From Desulfobacterales bacterium (GTDB lineage: Bacteria > Desulfobacterota > Desulfobacteria > Desulfobacterales > UBA2174), in NCBI GenBank assembly GCA_963668645.2, contig CAXXWC010000013.1, positions 1 through 64,000 of the forward strand: DNA of 64,000 nt, given 5' to 3'. The translations under genes and the position numbers were made by a program. Of the stretch, positions 32,523 through 42,847 are shown in pieces. Each line of letters starts with the position of its first letter. Position 1 is the stretch's first letter. The notes under the pieces are model-generated. The model was not told the origin of the DNA. It saw nothing but the letters and a program-made list of their open reading frames with translations, and did no database searches.

Positions 32523-32876
32523 TCATACCAGCGTTTCGTAGTGCAGCTCTTTATGCGCATGCCGCTGGCCAATCTCAAGCCCTTCCAACAGCCAACTCAA
32601 CTGGCGAAGATCCAGTTCCATGACTTCGTCGGGGCGCTCCGGCCAGATGAAAAACTCCTTCTCCAAACGCTTGTGCCAGAGACAAAAACCGTTTCGATCC
32701 CAGTACAGGATTTTGATCATGTTCCGGCGCCGATTACAAAAGGCGAACAGGTGGCCGGAAAATGGGTCGAACTCAAGTCGATCTTCGACCAGAATCGAAA
32801 GCCCATTGATGGCTTTGCGCATGTCAGTGCTGCCGGTCGCCAGGTAAATGCGGGTATGCGATGGCAAAAACATCAC
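32523..32876 (-). CDS. tnpB: IS66 accessory protein TnpB
   Basis: TDMRKAINGL, KILYWDRNGFCLWHKRLE. Confidence 0.95.
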   Translation of the reverse strand: MMFLPSHTRIYLATGSTDMRKAINGLSILVEDRLEFDPFSGHLFAFCNRRRNMIKILYWDRNGFCLWHKRLEKEFFIWPERPDEVMELDLRQLSWLLEGLEIGQRHAHKELHYETLV

Positions 32877-33217
32877 AGCCGCTCCAGCACGTGCAACAAC
32901 TGCCGCAGGGCCACCGGATCAAAGTCACGCTCTACCTCGACACAATGGCTGGAGGAAACCACAAGCCGCAGCGGTCGGTGGTCCGTGGTGGTGATGGCCC
33001 CGGTCGCCACCGGAGGCAACTGAACCTCGACCAGGGAGATCGCAGTCGCGTCCGCACCCCGGTACTTTTTTCTCCAGTAGATAAAACAGTGCAGCTTGAG
33101 TGAGTGCTGCCGGCAATATTCGCTCTGGTTCCGCCCGCTTCGTTTCCATCGCTCAACGTGCTGTCGCCAAAACCGCCGCTTGACCTCCAGAGCCTCTGCT
33201 CGTTGCTTCCGTGTCAC
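32873..33217 (-). CDS. tnpA: IS66 accessory protein TnpA
   Basis: WKRSGRNQSEYCRQH...FIYWRKK; first ORF of the element. Confidence 0.88.
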   Translation of the reverse strand: MTRKQRAEALEVKRRFWRQHVERWKRSGRNQSEYCRQHSLKLHCFIYWRKKYRGADATAISLVEVQLPPVATGAITTTDHRPLRLVVSSSHCVEVERDFDPVALRQLLHVLERL

Positions 33218-33499
33218 GATGATGCCTCCTTGGCTGAAATAGTCTACGGCCTACGGAGTCAACCTGTGACAAATTTCCAAGCGCTTGAGAAGATGCGGTT
33301 GCCCGGACGCTTACAATTCATTAACATCGATGTTCTTAGTCTGTCAGGACAGGTCGTCTTTGATAGACAAACCCGGTTGGGTTGACACGAAACGCCCCCG
33401 GCCGTTAGAACCGGCCGCAGGCCTGGCACAAAGCCGGTGGGCCGATTGACGGCTTCCTTGTTTGCAACAGATCCTTTCGCCCGCGCAGGAAAAGAGAGC

Positions 33500-34810
33500 A
33501 TGCAGCTTCAAAACCATGTCCGCAACGCATCCGGCAAGACCGATATCCCGGAAAACACTGTCAACCGTATCGCCGGCGGCTTCCGGCGGCTCGGCTACGA
33601 GATCCGCTATACCCCTTTCACGGTGGCCGACCGCATCCACTGGTCCCAGATCGGGATCGATGCCATCGGCCTGCAGTGCCAGGGAAAGGGCATGACCGTC
33701 GAGCTGGCCAGGGCCAGCGCCCACGCCGAGCTGGCCGAGCGCTTCAGCGGCGGGCTCTTCTACCAGGCCTTCGAAGAGCAGGTGCGCTTCAACATGCCCG
33801 CCCTTTACAGCCGGCAGGTCGACCGCTTTCTCAACTACGCGTGGCTGCCCGGCTATGTGCAAGCCCACCAGGACGACCTGCAAGAGGAACATTTGACCAT
33901 CGAGGCCCTGCTGGCCAACCAGCCCCACCTGGGGGCGGCGGAGATCGACAAGATCAAGGCCAGCCGCATGGCAGGCCACTGGGTGGACGGCTATTCGCTG
34001 ATCCAGGAAAAGAGCGTCAAGGTTCCCATCAGCTTCATCGCCTACATCAACGCCTCCAACGGCATGGCGGCCGGCAACACCCTGGAAGAGGCCCTGATCC
34101 AGGCCGCCTGCGAGGTCTTCGAACGCTATACCCAGATCCAGATCATCAAGCCGGAAAAGGGCGTTCCCACCATCGACAAGGAGACGGTGAGCGACGATCG
34201 CCTCCGGTCGATGATGGCCTTTTACGAAAAGCAAAACGTGGAGGTGGTGCTCAAGGATCTTTCCCTGGAGGGGCTCTTTCCGAGCATCGGCGCGCTTTTC
34301 ACCAACCACAACCTGCGGCCCGGCAGGCTGGAGCACAAGATCCTCGTCCCTGGGGTCTCCTTTAACCTGAACGAGGCCCTGAGCCGCTGTTTGACCGAGT
34401 TCATGCAGGGCCGCAGCACGCTCAAGGCGCCCAGTCCCGGCCTGGACAAGCCGGTCACACAGCGCGGCCGCGTGGAAAACCTCTACCTGCTTTTCAAGTG
34501 CTGCATTTCCCAGAAGGACATCAGCTTTCTGGAGCAGGGCCCGACGGTGGCCTACCGGGACCTTCGAAGCGAGGATATTTTTGCGGAAATCGAAGCGATC
34601 AAGGGGATCTGCCGGGCTCTCGAAACCGATTTCATCGTTCTCGATCTCACCCACCCGGTGCTGCAGTTTCCTGTGGTGCGGGTCGTGGTGCCGGGCGTCT
34701 CGGATTTTCTGCCCTTCGTGTACCGGGACATCCTGACCATGCCCGAGACCAGCCCCGACGCCGCCTGGCGCGGCGAGTCCTTCAAGAGCGTTATGGAGAC
34801 GTTTTTCTAG
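33500..34810 (+). CDS. YcaO-family protein, stand-alone
   Basis: GKGMT, SAHAELAER, SNGMAAGNTLEEA...EVFER, RCLTE, PVVRVVVPG. Confidence 0.9.
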   Translation: MQLQNHVRNASGKTDIPENTVNRIAGGFRRLGYEIRYTPFTVADRIHWSQIGIDAIGLQCQGKGMTVELARASAHAELAERFSGGLFYQAFEEQVRFNMPALYSRQVDRFLNYAWLPGYVQAHQDDLQEEHLTIEALLANQPHLGAAEIDKIKASRMAGHWVDGYSLIQEKSVKVPISFIAYINASNGMAAGNTLEEALIQAACEVFERYTQIQIIKPEKGVPTIDKETVSDDRLRSMMAFYEKQNVEVVLKDLSLEGLFPSIGALFTNHNLRPGRLEHKILVPGVSFNLNEALSRCLTEFMQGRSTLKAPSPGLDKPVTQRGRVENLYLLFKCCISQKDISFLEQGPTVAYRDLRSEDIFAEIEAIKGICRALETDFIVLDLTHPVLQFPVVRVVVPGVSDFLPFVYRDILTMPETSPDAAWRGESFKSVMETFF

Positions 34811-34943
34811 CCACGTCCGCCTTGCTGCGACGGCGGGCACGGTCACCGTAGCCGATCGGTGCGCGCTGGCCGAAGCCCCTGTGGGAACCTACTTCGCAAG
34901 GCTCAGCAGGACGTTTTCAACCGCGATGCGGTAAGCCTTTCCC

Positions 34944-35290
34944 TCAGCTTGTCTTGAGCCCGATTTCCCGGGCCAAGTTTTGCTGGCGTTCGTCGAAAGT
35001 CAAAAAATGATCGGCACCCATAATCAGCGCTGAAGCGACATGGATCAGATTGAGGAACCGAGTACCGATTCGGTGGGTATGGGCTTGTGAGAGGCGTTCG
35101 GCTTGGCGCAATACTTCGTGCCAGTCGATGTCGGGGCGAAAATAGATCCCCCGCTCTAAATGGGTGTGCAACTTGCCGAGGATATTGCCGATTTGGTTCG
35201 CGTCAGCCTCCGCCCGGAATTGTTTGAGCCGCAGGGCATTGGCAAACTCCAGTTCGTGGAAATGCGTCAACGGGATGGCTCTTATGCGTA
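34944..35290 (-). pseudogene. PIN-domain (VapC-like) toxin, 5'-truncated
   Basis: LEFANAL...LIHVASA...FLTFDERQ; the first PIN strand and a proper start are missing. Confidence 0.65.
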
Positions 35291-35315
35291 AAATTTCGCG
35301 GTGTCAATGGCTGGC

Positions 35316-36170
35316 TTATTTTTGGTTTCGACTAAAATAGAGGTTGACCGCGGCAGCCAGGGAGGTTGCGACGATCAGCAAAAAGGAGATGGCGTTGATC
35401 ACCGGCGTGCTGCCATCGCGCACCTGGAGATAGAGATTGATGGGCAGGGTCGTTTCCGAGCCGGTCAGAAACAAGGTGGTGTTGAAATTTTCAAAGGACA
35501 TCAGAAAAGCCACTGCCGCCGCACCGGCGATGGCCGGGCGCAGAAATTTGAGCGTGATGTGCCAGATGACCTCGAAGCGGTTGGCACCCAGGTTCAGGGC
35601 CGCCTCTTCCAGGGTGCGGTCGAACTTGCGCAGCCGGGCCGACACCACCAGGGTCACCAGGGTGGCGATGAATGAAAACTGGCCCAGCACCACCAGCCAG
35701 AACCCGGGCCGGAACAGGGGTACGTCGATCCCCCAGCGGGCCTCGCAATAGAGGCCCAGGGTGTTGGAAAAAAGCAGGATGGAGATCCCCAGGATCACGC
35801 CCGGGATGACCAGGGGGGCCAGCATCAGGAAATAGAGGGCGGACTTGAAGGGGAATTCTTCCTGTTCAAAAAGAAAGGCGGCGCAGGTTCCCACCGTGAC
35901 CGAAAGCAACGTGACGAAAAAGGCCACCCGGGCGCTCACCCAGATGCTTTCCAGGTTCATGCGGTCGTTGAAAATCCCCACCCGCTGCGGCAGATCCCCG
36001 GTAAACCACTCCACGGTGAACCCCTTCCAGGGCAGGGCCGGAAACTGGGAGTCGTTGAAGGCCAGCACGCAGGTCACCACCAAGGGGGCGAAGAGGAAAA
36101 TGAAGTACAATCCCATAAAGGCCGCGTAGCTGTATAGATAGCGCCGGCTGTTGGGAAGCGATCGGATCAT
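35316..36170 (-). CDS. Polyamine-type ABC permease, PotC-like
   Basis: LEEAALNLGA, FLMSFENF, TTLP. Confidence 0.9.
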   Translation of the reverse strand: MIRSLPNSRRYLYSYAAFMGLYFIFLFAPLVVTCVLAFNDSQFPALPWKGFTVEWFTGDLPQRVGIFNDRMNLESIWVSARVAFFVTLLSVTVGTCAAFLFEQEEFPFKSALYFLMLAPLVIPGVILGISILLFSNTLGLYCEARWGIDVPLFRPGFWLVVLGQFSFIATLVTLVVSARLRKFDRTLEEAALNLGANRFEVIWHITLKFLRPAIAGAAAVAFLMSFENFNTTLFLTGSETTLPINLYLQVRDGSTPVINAISFLLIVATSLAAAVNLYFSRNQK

Positions 36171-37030
36171 CGCACCACCCGGCTCAGTTTCTGGCCGGTG
36201 AGCTTCAGCCCGGCCCAGATCACCAGTGAGGAGAGGGCCAGGAGCAGAAAGCCGAAGGCCGATCCCTGGTTCCAGTTGAAACTGGCGATGAACTGGTTGT
36301 AGATCTGCTCGGTAAACCACAAGGAGTTCTTGCCGCCCATGAGATTCGGGGTGAGATAGTTGCCCAGGGTCAGCATGAAGACCACGATGGCCCCGGACAC
36401 GATCCCCGGCATGGCATGGGGAATCACGATGCGCCACAGGATGGTGCCCATGCCGGCGCCCAGGTCGTAGGCCGCTTCGATCAGGCTGTCATCGAGGCTT
36501 TGGAGCACCGATACCAGGGGCACGGCCATGAAGAGCATCGAGGTGTAGACCAGCCCCATCACCATGGTCACATCGTTGTAGAGCATTTCCACAGGCTGGT
36601 CGAGCAGCCCCAGGCGGACCAGGAAATGATTGATCACGCCGCTTTCGCGCAGCAGGATCATCCAGCCGTAGATGCGCACCAGCTCACTGACCCAGAAAGG
36701 CATCAGCATCAGCAGCATGAGAAAGCCCTGAAAGCGGGGAGCCGCCACCTTGGTAATGTAAAAGGCCACCGGCATGGCCACGGCAAAGGTCATCAGGGTC
36801 ACCAGGACCGAATAGACGGCCGTGCGCAAAAAGGTCCGCCAGTAAATCGGCTCTTTGAAAAAGTTCAAATAGTTGTCCACGCCCCAGGCGGCACGGCCGT
36901 CCATGGCGGAGGTTTGCAGGCTCATGCGCAGAAGGTCCACGTGGGGCAAAACGATCAGCAACACCAGCCAGAGCAGCACCGGGGTCAAAAAGCAGATCAG
37001 CGGCAGGGTGATGTAAAAGCGGTTTTTCAT
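36167..37030 (-). CDS. Polyamine-type ABC permease, PotB-like
   Basis: PFWVSELVRIYGW, LIEAAYDLGA, NWNQGSA. Confidence 0.9.
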   Translation of the reverse strand: MKNRFYITLPLICFLTPVLLWLVLLIVLPHVDLLRMSLQTSAMDGRAAWGVDNYLNFFKEPIYWRTFLRTAVYSVLVTLMTFAVAMPVAFYITKVAAPRFQGFLMLLMLMPFWVSELVRIYGWMILLRESGVINHFLVRLGLLDQPVEMLYNDVTMVMGLVYTSMLFMAVPLVSVLQSLDDSLIEAAYDLGAGMGTILWRIVIPHAMPGIVSGAIVVFMLTLGNYLTPNLMGGKNSLWFTEQIYNQFIASFNWNQGSAFGFLLLALSSLVIWAGLKLTGQKLSRVVR

Positions 37031-38136
37031 CGTGAGTTTCGGGCGGCAAAACAGATCCCGGACCGTTCGTCCCAGGCCACCTCGATCCGATCGTCCTTGC
37101 GGATATGATCGAACTGCCTGTTCTGGGGCAGCGCGATGAGCAACTCGGTACCGTCGTTTACGGGATTGGCCAGCAACCGGCTGTTGGCCCCGTCGAAGAG
37201 CAGCGACCTGACGATCACCTCGAACCGGTTCAGCCGCGGCACATCCGCCCCCGGCTGGATGATGATGGCTTCCGGCCGCAGGAAGAGCTCCACCGGTGTG
37301 CCGGGTGTAAGCGGTGCCTCGGCCCGGGAGCGGAAATGACGGCCGGAGGCGGTTTCGATCTCCACCGTGTCCTGGCCGCAGTGGCGTACGGTTCCGGACA
37401 CGGTGTTGTTTTCGCCGACAAAGCGCGCCACGAAAGAGGTTCGGGGGTGATGGTAGAGGTTCTGGGGGCTGTCCACCTGCTCGAAGCGCCCCTGGTTCAT
37501 GACCGCCACCTGGTCGGACATCACCAGGGCCTCGGACTGGTCGTGGGTAATGTAGACGAAGGTTGTGCCCACCTGGGCCTGGAGCTTTTTGAGTTCCATC
37601 TTCATCTGCTCGCGCAGCTTGAGATCAAGGGCCCCCAGGGGCTCGTCCAGCAAGAGAACGGCAGGCTCCAGCACGAGACAGCGGGCGATGGCCACGCGCT
37701 GCTTCTGCCCGCCGGACAACTGGTCGATGGCCTTGTTCTCGAACCCCGGCAGGTCCACCCGTTCCAGGATCTGGCCGATTTTACGCTCGATATCGCGGCG
37801 CTTTTCTTTGCGGCGCCGGAGCCCGAAGGCGATATTCTGGGCCACCGTCATCATGGGGAAAAGAGCCAGATGCTGGAAAATGAGGTTGACCGGCCGGCGG
37901 TTGGGCGGGACCCCGGCCATGTCGGCGCCCCGGATGAGGATCGCGCCGCGGGTCGGTTCGGTGAAGCCGGCGATCATTCTCAAAAGGGTGGTCTTACCGC
38001 AGCCCGAGGGCCCCAGGATGGCAAAGAACCGGCCCTGGGGCACGTCGAAGGTCACATCGGCAACCGCCGTGACATCTGCGAAAGTCTTGAAAACCCGTTG
38101 AACCGATAGATCCGTTTGCACTGACGTTCTTTTCAC
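37027..38136 (-). CDS. Polyamine-type ABC ATPase, PotA-like
   Basis: GPSGCGKT, LSGGQKQRVA, LLDEPLGALD, C-terminal TOBE region. Confidence 0.92.
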   Translation of the reverse strand: MKRTSVQTDLSVQRVFKTFADVTAVADVTFDVPQGRFFAILGPSGCGKTTLLRMIAGFTEPTRGAILIRGADMAGVPPNRRPVNLIFQHLALFPMMTVAQNIAFGLRRRKEKRRDIERKIGQILERVDLPGFENKAIDQLSGGQKQRVAIARCLVLEPAVLLLDEPLGALDLKLREQMKMELKKLQAQVGTTFVYITHDQSEALVMSDQVAVMNQGRFEQVDSPQNLYHHPRTSFVARFVGENNTVSGTVRHCGQDTVEIETASGRHFRSRAEAPLTPGTPVELFLRPEAIIIQPGADVPRLNRFEVIVRSLLFDGANSRLLANPVNDGTELLIALPQNRQFDHIRKDDRIEVAWDERSGICFAARNSR

Positions 38137-38199
38137 AGCAGAGTTGGATGCCGGCAGCCGGGCGATGCCCCGCCGCCGGCATGGTTCATGGCGTGGATA

Positions 38200-39267
38200 T
38201 CATTGGGCGGCTTTGACCTTGTCCAGGACCTTGCCTTCCATTTCTTCCAGTTTGGCCGGCACCGGCGGGTACCATTTGATGTTGTCGATGTCCGCATCGG
38301 TAAAACTGCGCGTAAAATTGGCCTTCACGTCCGGATCGCAGAGCTGGATGGCGCCTTTGGAAGCTGTCCCGTACTTTTCCATGTTGGTGAACACGGCCGC
38401 GTTTTCCGGGCGCAGCATGAAGTTGATCCACTTGTAGGCGGCGGGCACGTTCTTGGCCTTGGCCGGGATGGCAAAAGTGTCGATCCACCCCAGGGCGCCG
38501 CTTTTGGGAGCGACAAAATCGATATTCGGGTTTTCCCCGTGGAGCTTCCATCCGCCGTTATCCCAGGCCATGGCAACGTAGACTTCGGCCGAACGCATGC
38601 TCTGGAGCAGGGCGTCGCCGTTGGTCCAATAGTTTTTCACTGCCGGCTTGCCCTCGATCAGCCGCTGGCCCACTTCTTCCATCAGCGTCTCGTATGCGCC
38701 GGGATCGCCGTAAAGGGCAAAGGGGTCCTTGCCCATGGCAAACGCCATGCCGATCAGAGTGGGGCGTTTGAGCCGGTAGCTGACCCGGCCGTTGTATTTC
38801 GGATCGAGCAGATCAATGTAATCCCTGGCGCCGGGGGCGAATTTGCGGTTCACCACCAGGCCGGATGTGCCGTATACATGCGGCACCGCATAACTCTTGC
38901 CGCCCACCAGGGTGTTCTTTTTGACCGCCTCGAGCATCGAGGCCACGATCTGGTCGGACTTCAACTGGTTGTAGTCGATGGGCTGGTAGATCTTGAATTC
39001 GGCCTGCACCGAGGAAATCCGGTCCTGGCTAGGCTGGGCCAGGTCAAACCCGGCCCCCCGGGTGGCCCGCAGCTTGGCGATCATCTCCTCATTGTTGGAG
39101 TAGGTAGGCTTTACCGTAATGCCGGTTTGCGCCTGGAACTTGTCGATCAGTTCCTTTGGCGCATAGCCTTTCCAGGTAAGCAGTTCCAGGGTTTCGGCGG
39201 CGACAGGAGCCGCCGTCAGGGCCACCAAGAGGCCCATTACCATGAGACGCACCAATGAACGCTTCAT
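38200..39267 (-). CDS. Polyamine-type ABC substrate-binding protein, PotD-like
   Basis: Signal peptide, LTWKGY, SNNEEMIAKL, WIDTFAIP, WINFML. Confidence 0.88.
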   Translation of the reverse strand: MKRSLVRLMVMGLLVALTAAPVAAETLELLTWKGYAPKELIDKFQAQTGITVKPTYSNNEEMIAKLRATRGAGFDLAQPSQDRISSVQAEFKIYQPIDYNQLKSDQIVASMLEAVKKNTLVGGKSYAVPHVYGTSGLVVNRKFAPGARDYIDLLDPKYNGRVSYRLKRPTLIGMAFAMGKDPFALYGDPGAYETLMEEVGQRLIEGKPAVKNYWTNGDALLQSMRSAEVYVAMAWDNGGWKLHGENPNIDFVAPKSGALGWIDTFAIPAKAKNVPAAYKWINFMLRPENAAVFTNMEKYGTASKGAIQLCDPDVKANFTRSFTDADIDNIKWYPPVPAKLEEMEGKVLDKVKAAQ

Positions 39268-39734
39268 TTTTTCCTCCTTGGATATGGGGTGTCGGGTCGT
39301 CAGATGCGCTGAGGTGCAGGTTGCAGGGGGGTGTCGGAAGCATGGACGCCAGCATGGACTGCGGTTGTTAGGGTCCGGTGAGTTGTGCGTGAATTTTTTA
39401 CAACTCGACGACATCAGGCTATCGTTTCCGGTGCTCGGTCTTGTTCGTGGGAGGGCAGGATGCGCAGTATTTGCGTGGCCGGTTCAGTGATACGGGGTAA
39501 GTCTGAACTCAAAAATCTGGATAAGAAATGGTGGGGTTGGTGTAGCAGAGTAGGTTGCCGGAGGTCGGATAAACGTAGCGATCAGGCTGTGAGTTCACCG
39601 CAAAGACTGTTCTGAGCTTGCCGAAGGAGAGAGAAGCTTTTAACACAGGGTGGTGAGGTGCCACCTATTTTCTGATGCTCTTACAACACGCGGAAATAAA
39701 CCAAGAAAAACTTTCCCACTTCCCGATTGACCCG

Positions 39735-40070
39735 TTAATAGGCAAAAAACTCTTGAAGACAATCAATAATCTTGCCTTGAGTCTGTCGTGAAATCGCTCC
39801 AAGTTTTTGTACAAGGCGATTTTTATCCACGGCTCGTATTTGGTCTAATAGTATCAGACCTTTTTGGTTTTGAAATGTACACTTGATTCTGGTTGGAAAT
39901 ACAAATCCTTTTGAAGTCATTGGGGCGACAATTACTGTTTTTAAGGGTGACATTTCATCCGGAGAAATGACGACGCATGGTCTGGTCTTCTTGATTTCTG
40001 AACCTTTGGTTGGATCCAACTGGACAAGCCAGATGTCAAATCTTTTAATCGACTTTTTTACCATTCCCAA
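39735..40070 (-). CDS. MazF/PemK toxin
   Basis: LDPTKGSEIKKTRPCVVIS, DQIRAVDKNRL. Confidence 0.93.
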   Translation of the reverse strand: MGMVKKSIKRFDIWLVQLDPTKGSEIKKTRPCVVISPDEMSPLKTVIVAPMTSKGFVFPTRIKCTFQNQKGLILLDQIRAVDKNRLVQKLGAISRQTQGKIIDCLQEFFAY

Positions 40071-40315
40071 TCCTCATCGTCTACTAGATCAGACTCCAGC
40101 CATTCTTTTTCTGAGTCGTTTAGCTCAGATGCTGAACTTGATAATTTATCAAATTGCTCTTTCCATCCCTGGCGAGGTTGGGAGACAGGCTTGATTAACA
40201 AACCATCGCCCAAAACTTTGAATTCAAGCTCTTTATCATTGAGTTTGGCTTGCTCAATAATCGCTTTTGGAATTCTTACCCCCTTGGAATTCCCGATGCT
40301 GATTAATGTGGCCAT
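40058..40315 (-). CDS. AbrB/MazE antitoxin
   Basis: IGNSKGVRIPK; overlaps the toxin start. Confidence 0.92.
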   Translation of the reverse strand: MATLISIGNSKGVRIPKAIIEQAKLNDKELEFKVLGDGLLIKPVSQPRQGWKEQFDKLSSSASELNDSEKEWLESDLVDDEDWEW

Positions 40316-40335
40316 GATGCCTCCTTTTGTGGTTG

Positions 40336-40374
40336 ATGTAATTACATTATGGCTACATTCGGGTGGATTGTCAA
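40336..40374 (-). promoter_or_regulatory. Toxin-antitoxin promoter and operator
   Basis: TTGACA-N17-CATAAT overlapping the palindrome ATGTAATTACAT (40336-40347). Confidence 0.75.
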
Positions 40375-40394
40375 CCCGAAAAATTGTTTTCACC

Positions 40395-40745
40395 GAAGAT
40401 GCCGCCCTGCTGGTACAAAGGGTTGCTGGTCATAGAGCGCTACTTTCGCTCGCCAAAACGCATCCAGATCAAGATGATGCCGATAAACCACTGGGCCTCG
40501 CGGCGCGTCAAAGCCCATGTGAAGATCTACGTGCTGGTGTTGATGGTCGAACGGGTGGCCGAACTGGAGAGCGGCCTTCCGTGGCACCGTATTCGCCGGT
40601 CGCTGGACAAGCTGCCAGTCAAAAAACTTTGTAAGTTAAATTACCGTGTGTTTATGTGCAACGAGATCTCCGCAAAAACTGGCAACATGCTTAAATTGCA
40701 TAAAATCAACGCTCCGCAACAGGTCCTTTCACTGGAAAATCAACT
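40395..40745 (+). pseudogene. Transposase C-terminal remnant (IS1634-like)
   Basis: YKGLLVIERYFRS...PINHWASRRVKAHV resembles the YxxxxxIExxFR...PxxH end of IS4-superfamily DDE enzymes. Confidence 0.7.
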
Positions 40746-41019
40746 AAAAACGGTGCGCTCCGAAGAGTCCGAGGAAGGTGAGCAGCACCCAGGCGACCGT
40801 GTAGTCCTTGGGTCCGGCGGCAAATCGCAGATCCGCCCGGCGGTCCATCGACGGGATCAAGAACAGGCCTATGATCCAGCCGATGCCCAGCAATCCAAGA
40901 ATAAAAAACCATATGGTGCCGGTGACCGGTTTGCCGTAGTAGAAGCGATGGCTGCCGATGAAGCCGAAGATCCACAGAATGTAGCCGATGGTTTTGCGGT
41001 GGGTGTCGGTCTGTGCCAT
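40744..41019 (-). pseudogene. TM2-domain membrane protein, cut in its second TM2 repeat
   Basis: GFIGSHRFYYGK then LGLFGAHRF*, stopping at the transposase remnant junction. Confidence 0.75.
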
Positions 41020-41141
41020 GAGGTCTTTTCCTTTTACTGTTCCGTCGCGGTTCCTTTTCATCCGCACCCAACCGAGGTGGAGAAGCGCTTCCGAAAAGCA
41101 CAATCCCCCCACACCCATTCAGGATAGCGGGATTTCAACGG

Positions 41142-41534
41142 CTATGCCGCGGCCAAATCGCTCAGCGGCACCCGAAGCGCTTGCGCCAGGCGCTCCAGTA
41201 AAAGGATGCTCGGGACATGGGCGCCGGCCTCCAGGCGGGCGATGTTCGGCCGTTTGAGGCCGGCCAGGGCGGCGAGCTGTGCCTGAGTCAGGCCGTTTTG
41301 CTGCCGCAGGGCCTTGACTCGCTTACCGATGCGCTTTCCGATGTCCGCGTCGGCTGGAAGGTGCGTTCCGGCGGCCAGGTTGACAACGGCGTCCCAAGGC
41401 ACGGAAAACTCGTTGCCGCTGGCCTGGACCACGGTGAAGACCTTTCCGTCTCCTTCGAGAAAAAGATCCATCACCTCGCTGCCGTCGTCTTCAGGGATCG
41501 AACGTTTCAGCAGAAGGATTCGTCCGTCTTCCAT
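41142..41534 (-). CDS. XRE-family HTH protein (start may lie further upstream)
   Basis: RVKALRQQNGLTQAQLA...IARLEAG; frame stays open upstream to 41639. Confidence 0.85.
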   Translation of the reverse strand: MEDGRILLLKRSIPEDDGSEVMDLFLEGDGKVFTVVQASGNEFSVPWDAVVNLAAGTHLPADADIGKRIGKRVKALRQQNGLTQAQLAALAGLKRPNIARLEAGAHVPSILLLERLAQALRVPLSDLAAA

Positions 41535-41797
41535 GGCTACCCGGAAAGCATCCCGGCCGGCGTCGTAGGACGCGGCCCAGATTCGTGATACCCGGGATAT
41601 GTTTGTAATCGTAGTAATTTTTATCCACCCGATCTCGTATCATTTTGCGTTTCTTTGAAAGTCATGATAGGCAGTCAGGTACATAAATCTGGCTGTCGAA
41701 TAAGGGCGCGAACTCTCGCTGCACAACTGCATTATAACCCTATCTCCTGAACCCGCGTATCAAAAAATCAGAAGATCGAGCGCAAAAAGGAATCGCC

Positions 41798-42052
41798 ATG
41801 GATGCAAGATTGCGGGCCGACATTCGGCCCGGCCAGACGGTGGATATCGTGCTGAAACAGGACCAACGCAGCGGCAAACGCACCCGCGGCGTTGTCCAGT
41901 CGATTCTGACCCGATCGGCCCACCACCCCCACGGCATCAAAGTGCGCCTGGCCGACGGCCGGGTCGGCCGGGTCAAGATGATCATCGATCCGCAGGTCCC
42001 AACGGCTGGCCTGATGACCGGCACCCCGGACCAAGGAGGAGCGTGCGGATGA
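41798..42052 (+). CDS. YwbE-family small protein
   Basis: IVLKQDQRSGKRTRGVV...HPHGIKVRL...VGRV. Confidence 0.85.
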   Translation: MDARLRADIRPGQTVDIVLKQDQRSGKRTRGVVQSILTRSAHHPHGIKVRLADGRVGRVKMIIDPQVPTAGLMTGTPDQGGACG

Positions 42053-42678
42053 ACGACACATTACAAACCCTGATCGTCGTGCGCCACGGTGAGACCCGGT
42101 TCAACGTCGAAGAACGATTTCAAGGGCATAACGACAGTCCCCTCACCAGCAACGGCCAGCGGCAGGTTCAGGCCCTCGGCCGGCGTATACGCGCCTTGGG
42201 TTTCGACCGTCTGATCAGCAGCGATCTGGGCCGGGCCCTGCAAACGGCCGACGCCATTGCGGCCGGTACGGGGATCGAAATCGAGATCGATGCGCGCCTG
42301 CGGGAACGCCACTACGGGGTGCTGGAAGGGTTGAGCCTGGAAGAAATCAAGAACCGCTATCCCGAAATCCTCGAACGGCTCGAAGCCGACGATCCGGACT
42401 TCGAGATTCCGTCCGGAGAGAGTCTGCGGCAGCATTACACCCGCAATTGCGCCGCCATCACGGCGCTGGCGGCCGAATCCCGGCCCCGGAGAACCGTGCT
42501 GGTGGTCCACGGCGGGGTTCTGGACAGCGTATTCCGGCTGGTCGCCGGGCTTTCCCTGGCGGCGCCGCGCTGTTTTCTGGGCGCCAACGCAGGCATGACC
42601 GTCATCCGTTACGGGGTCTTTTATCGCACGCCCCGCTGGGTCATCGATACCTGGAACGACACGGCGCACCTGGAATAG
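42049..42678 (+). CDS. Histidine phosphatase (phosphoglycerate mutase family)
   Basis: RHGET, SSDLGRA, GES, VHGG. Confidence 0.92.
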   Translation: MNDTLQTLIVVRHGETRFNVEERFQGHNDSPLTSNGQRQVQALGRRIRALGFDRLISSDLGRALQTADAIAAGTGIEIEIDARLRERHYGVLEGLSLEEIKNRYPEILERLEADDPDFEIPSGESLRQHYTRNCAAITALAAESRPRRTVLVVHGGVLDSVFRLVAGLSLAAPRCFLGANAGMTVIRYGVFYRTPRWVIDTWNDTAHLE

Positions 42679-42847
42679 GCCGCCCCCGGACTCTGAGGCC
42701 CGGCTGATAGGGGGGCGGGCCTTCGATCCAACCGGCGCGCTTGGAGCAGGACCGGGGCGAGTTCGTCCCTCTGGCACCCCAACTATTCCGTGGAAGCACT
42801 ATCGATCAAGGACCGCGGTGTTTCCACGGCTATGCCGCCTGCCTGTC

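Larger units (their letters stand above)
30847..33314 (-). mobile_element. IS66-family element, complete
   Basis: Ends GTAAGCGTTCGG.../...CCGGACGCTTAC; 8-bp duplication AATTCATT at 30839-30846 and 33315-33322; tnpABC. Confidence 0.96.

Noticed and set aside
42049..42678. cobC assignment
   Set aside because: Only generic histidine phosphatase motifs and no neighbouring cob genes.
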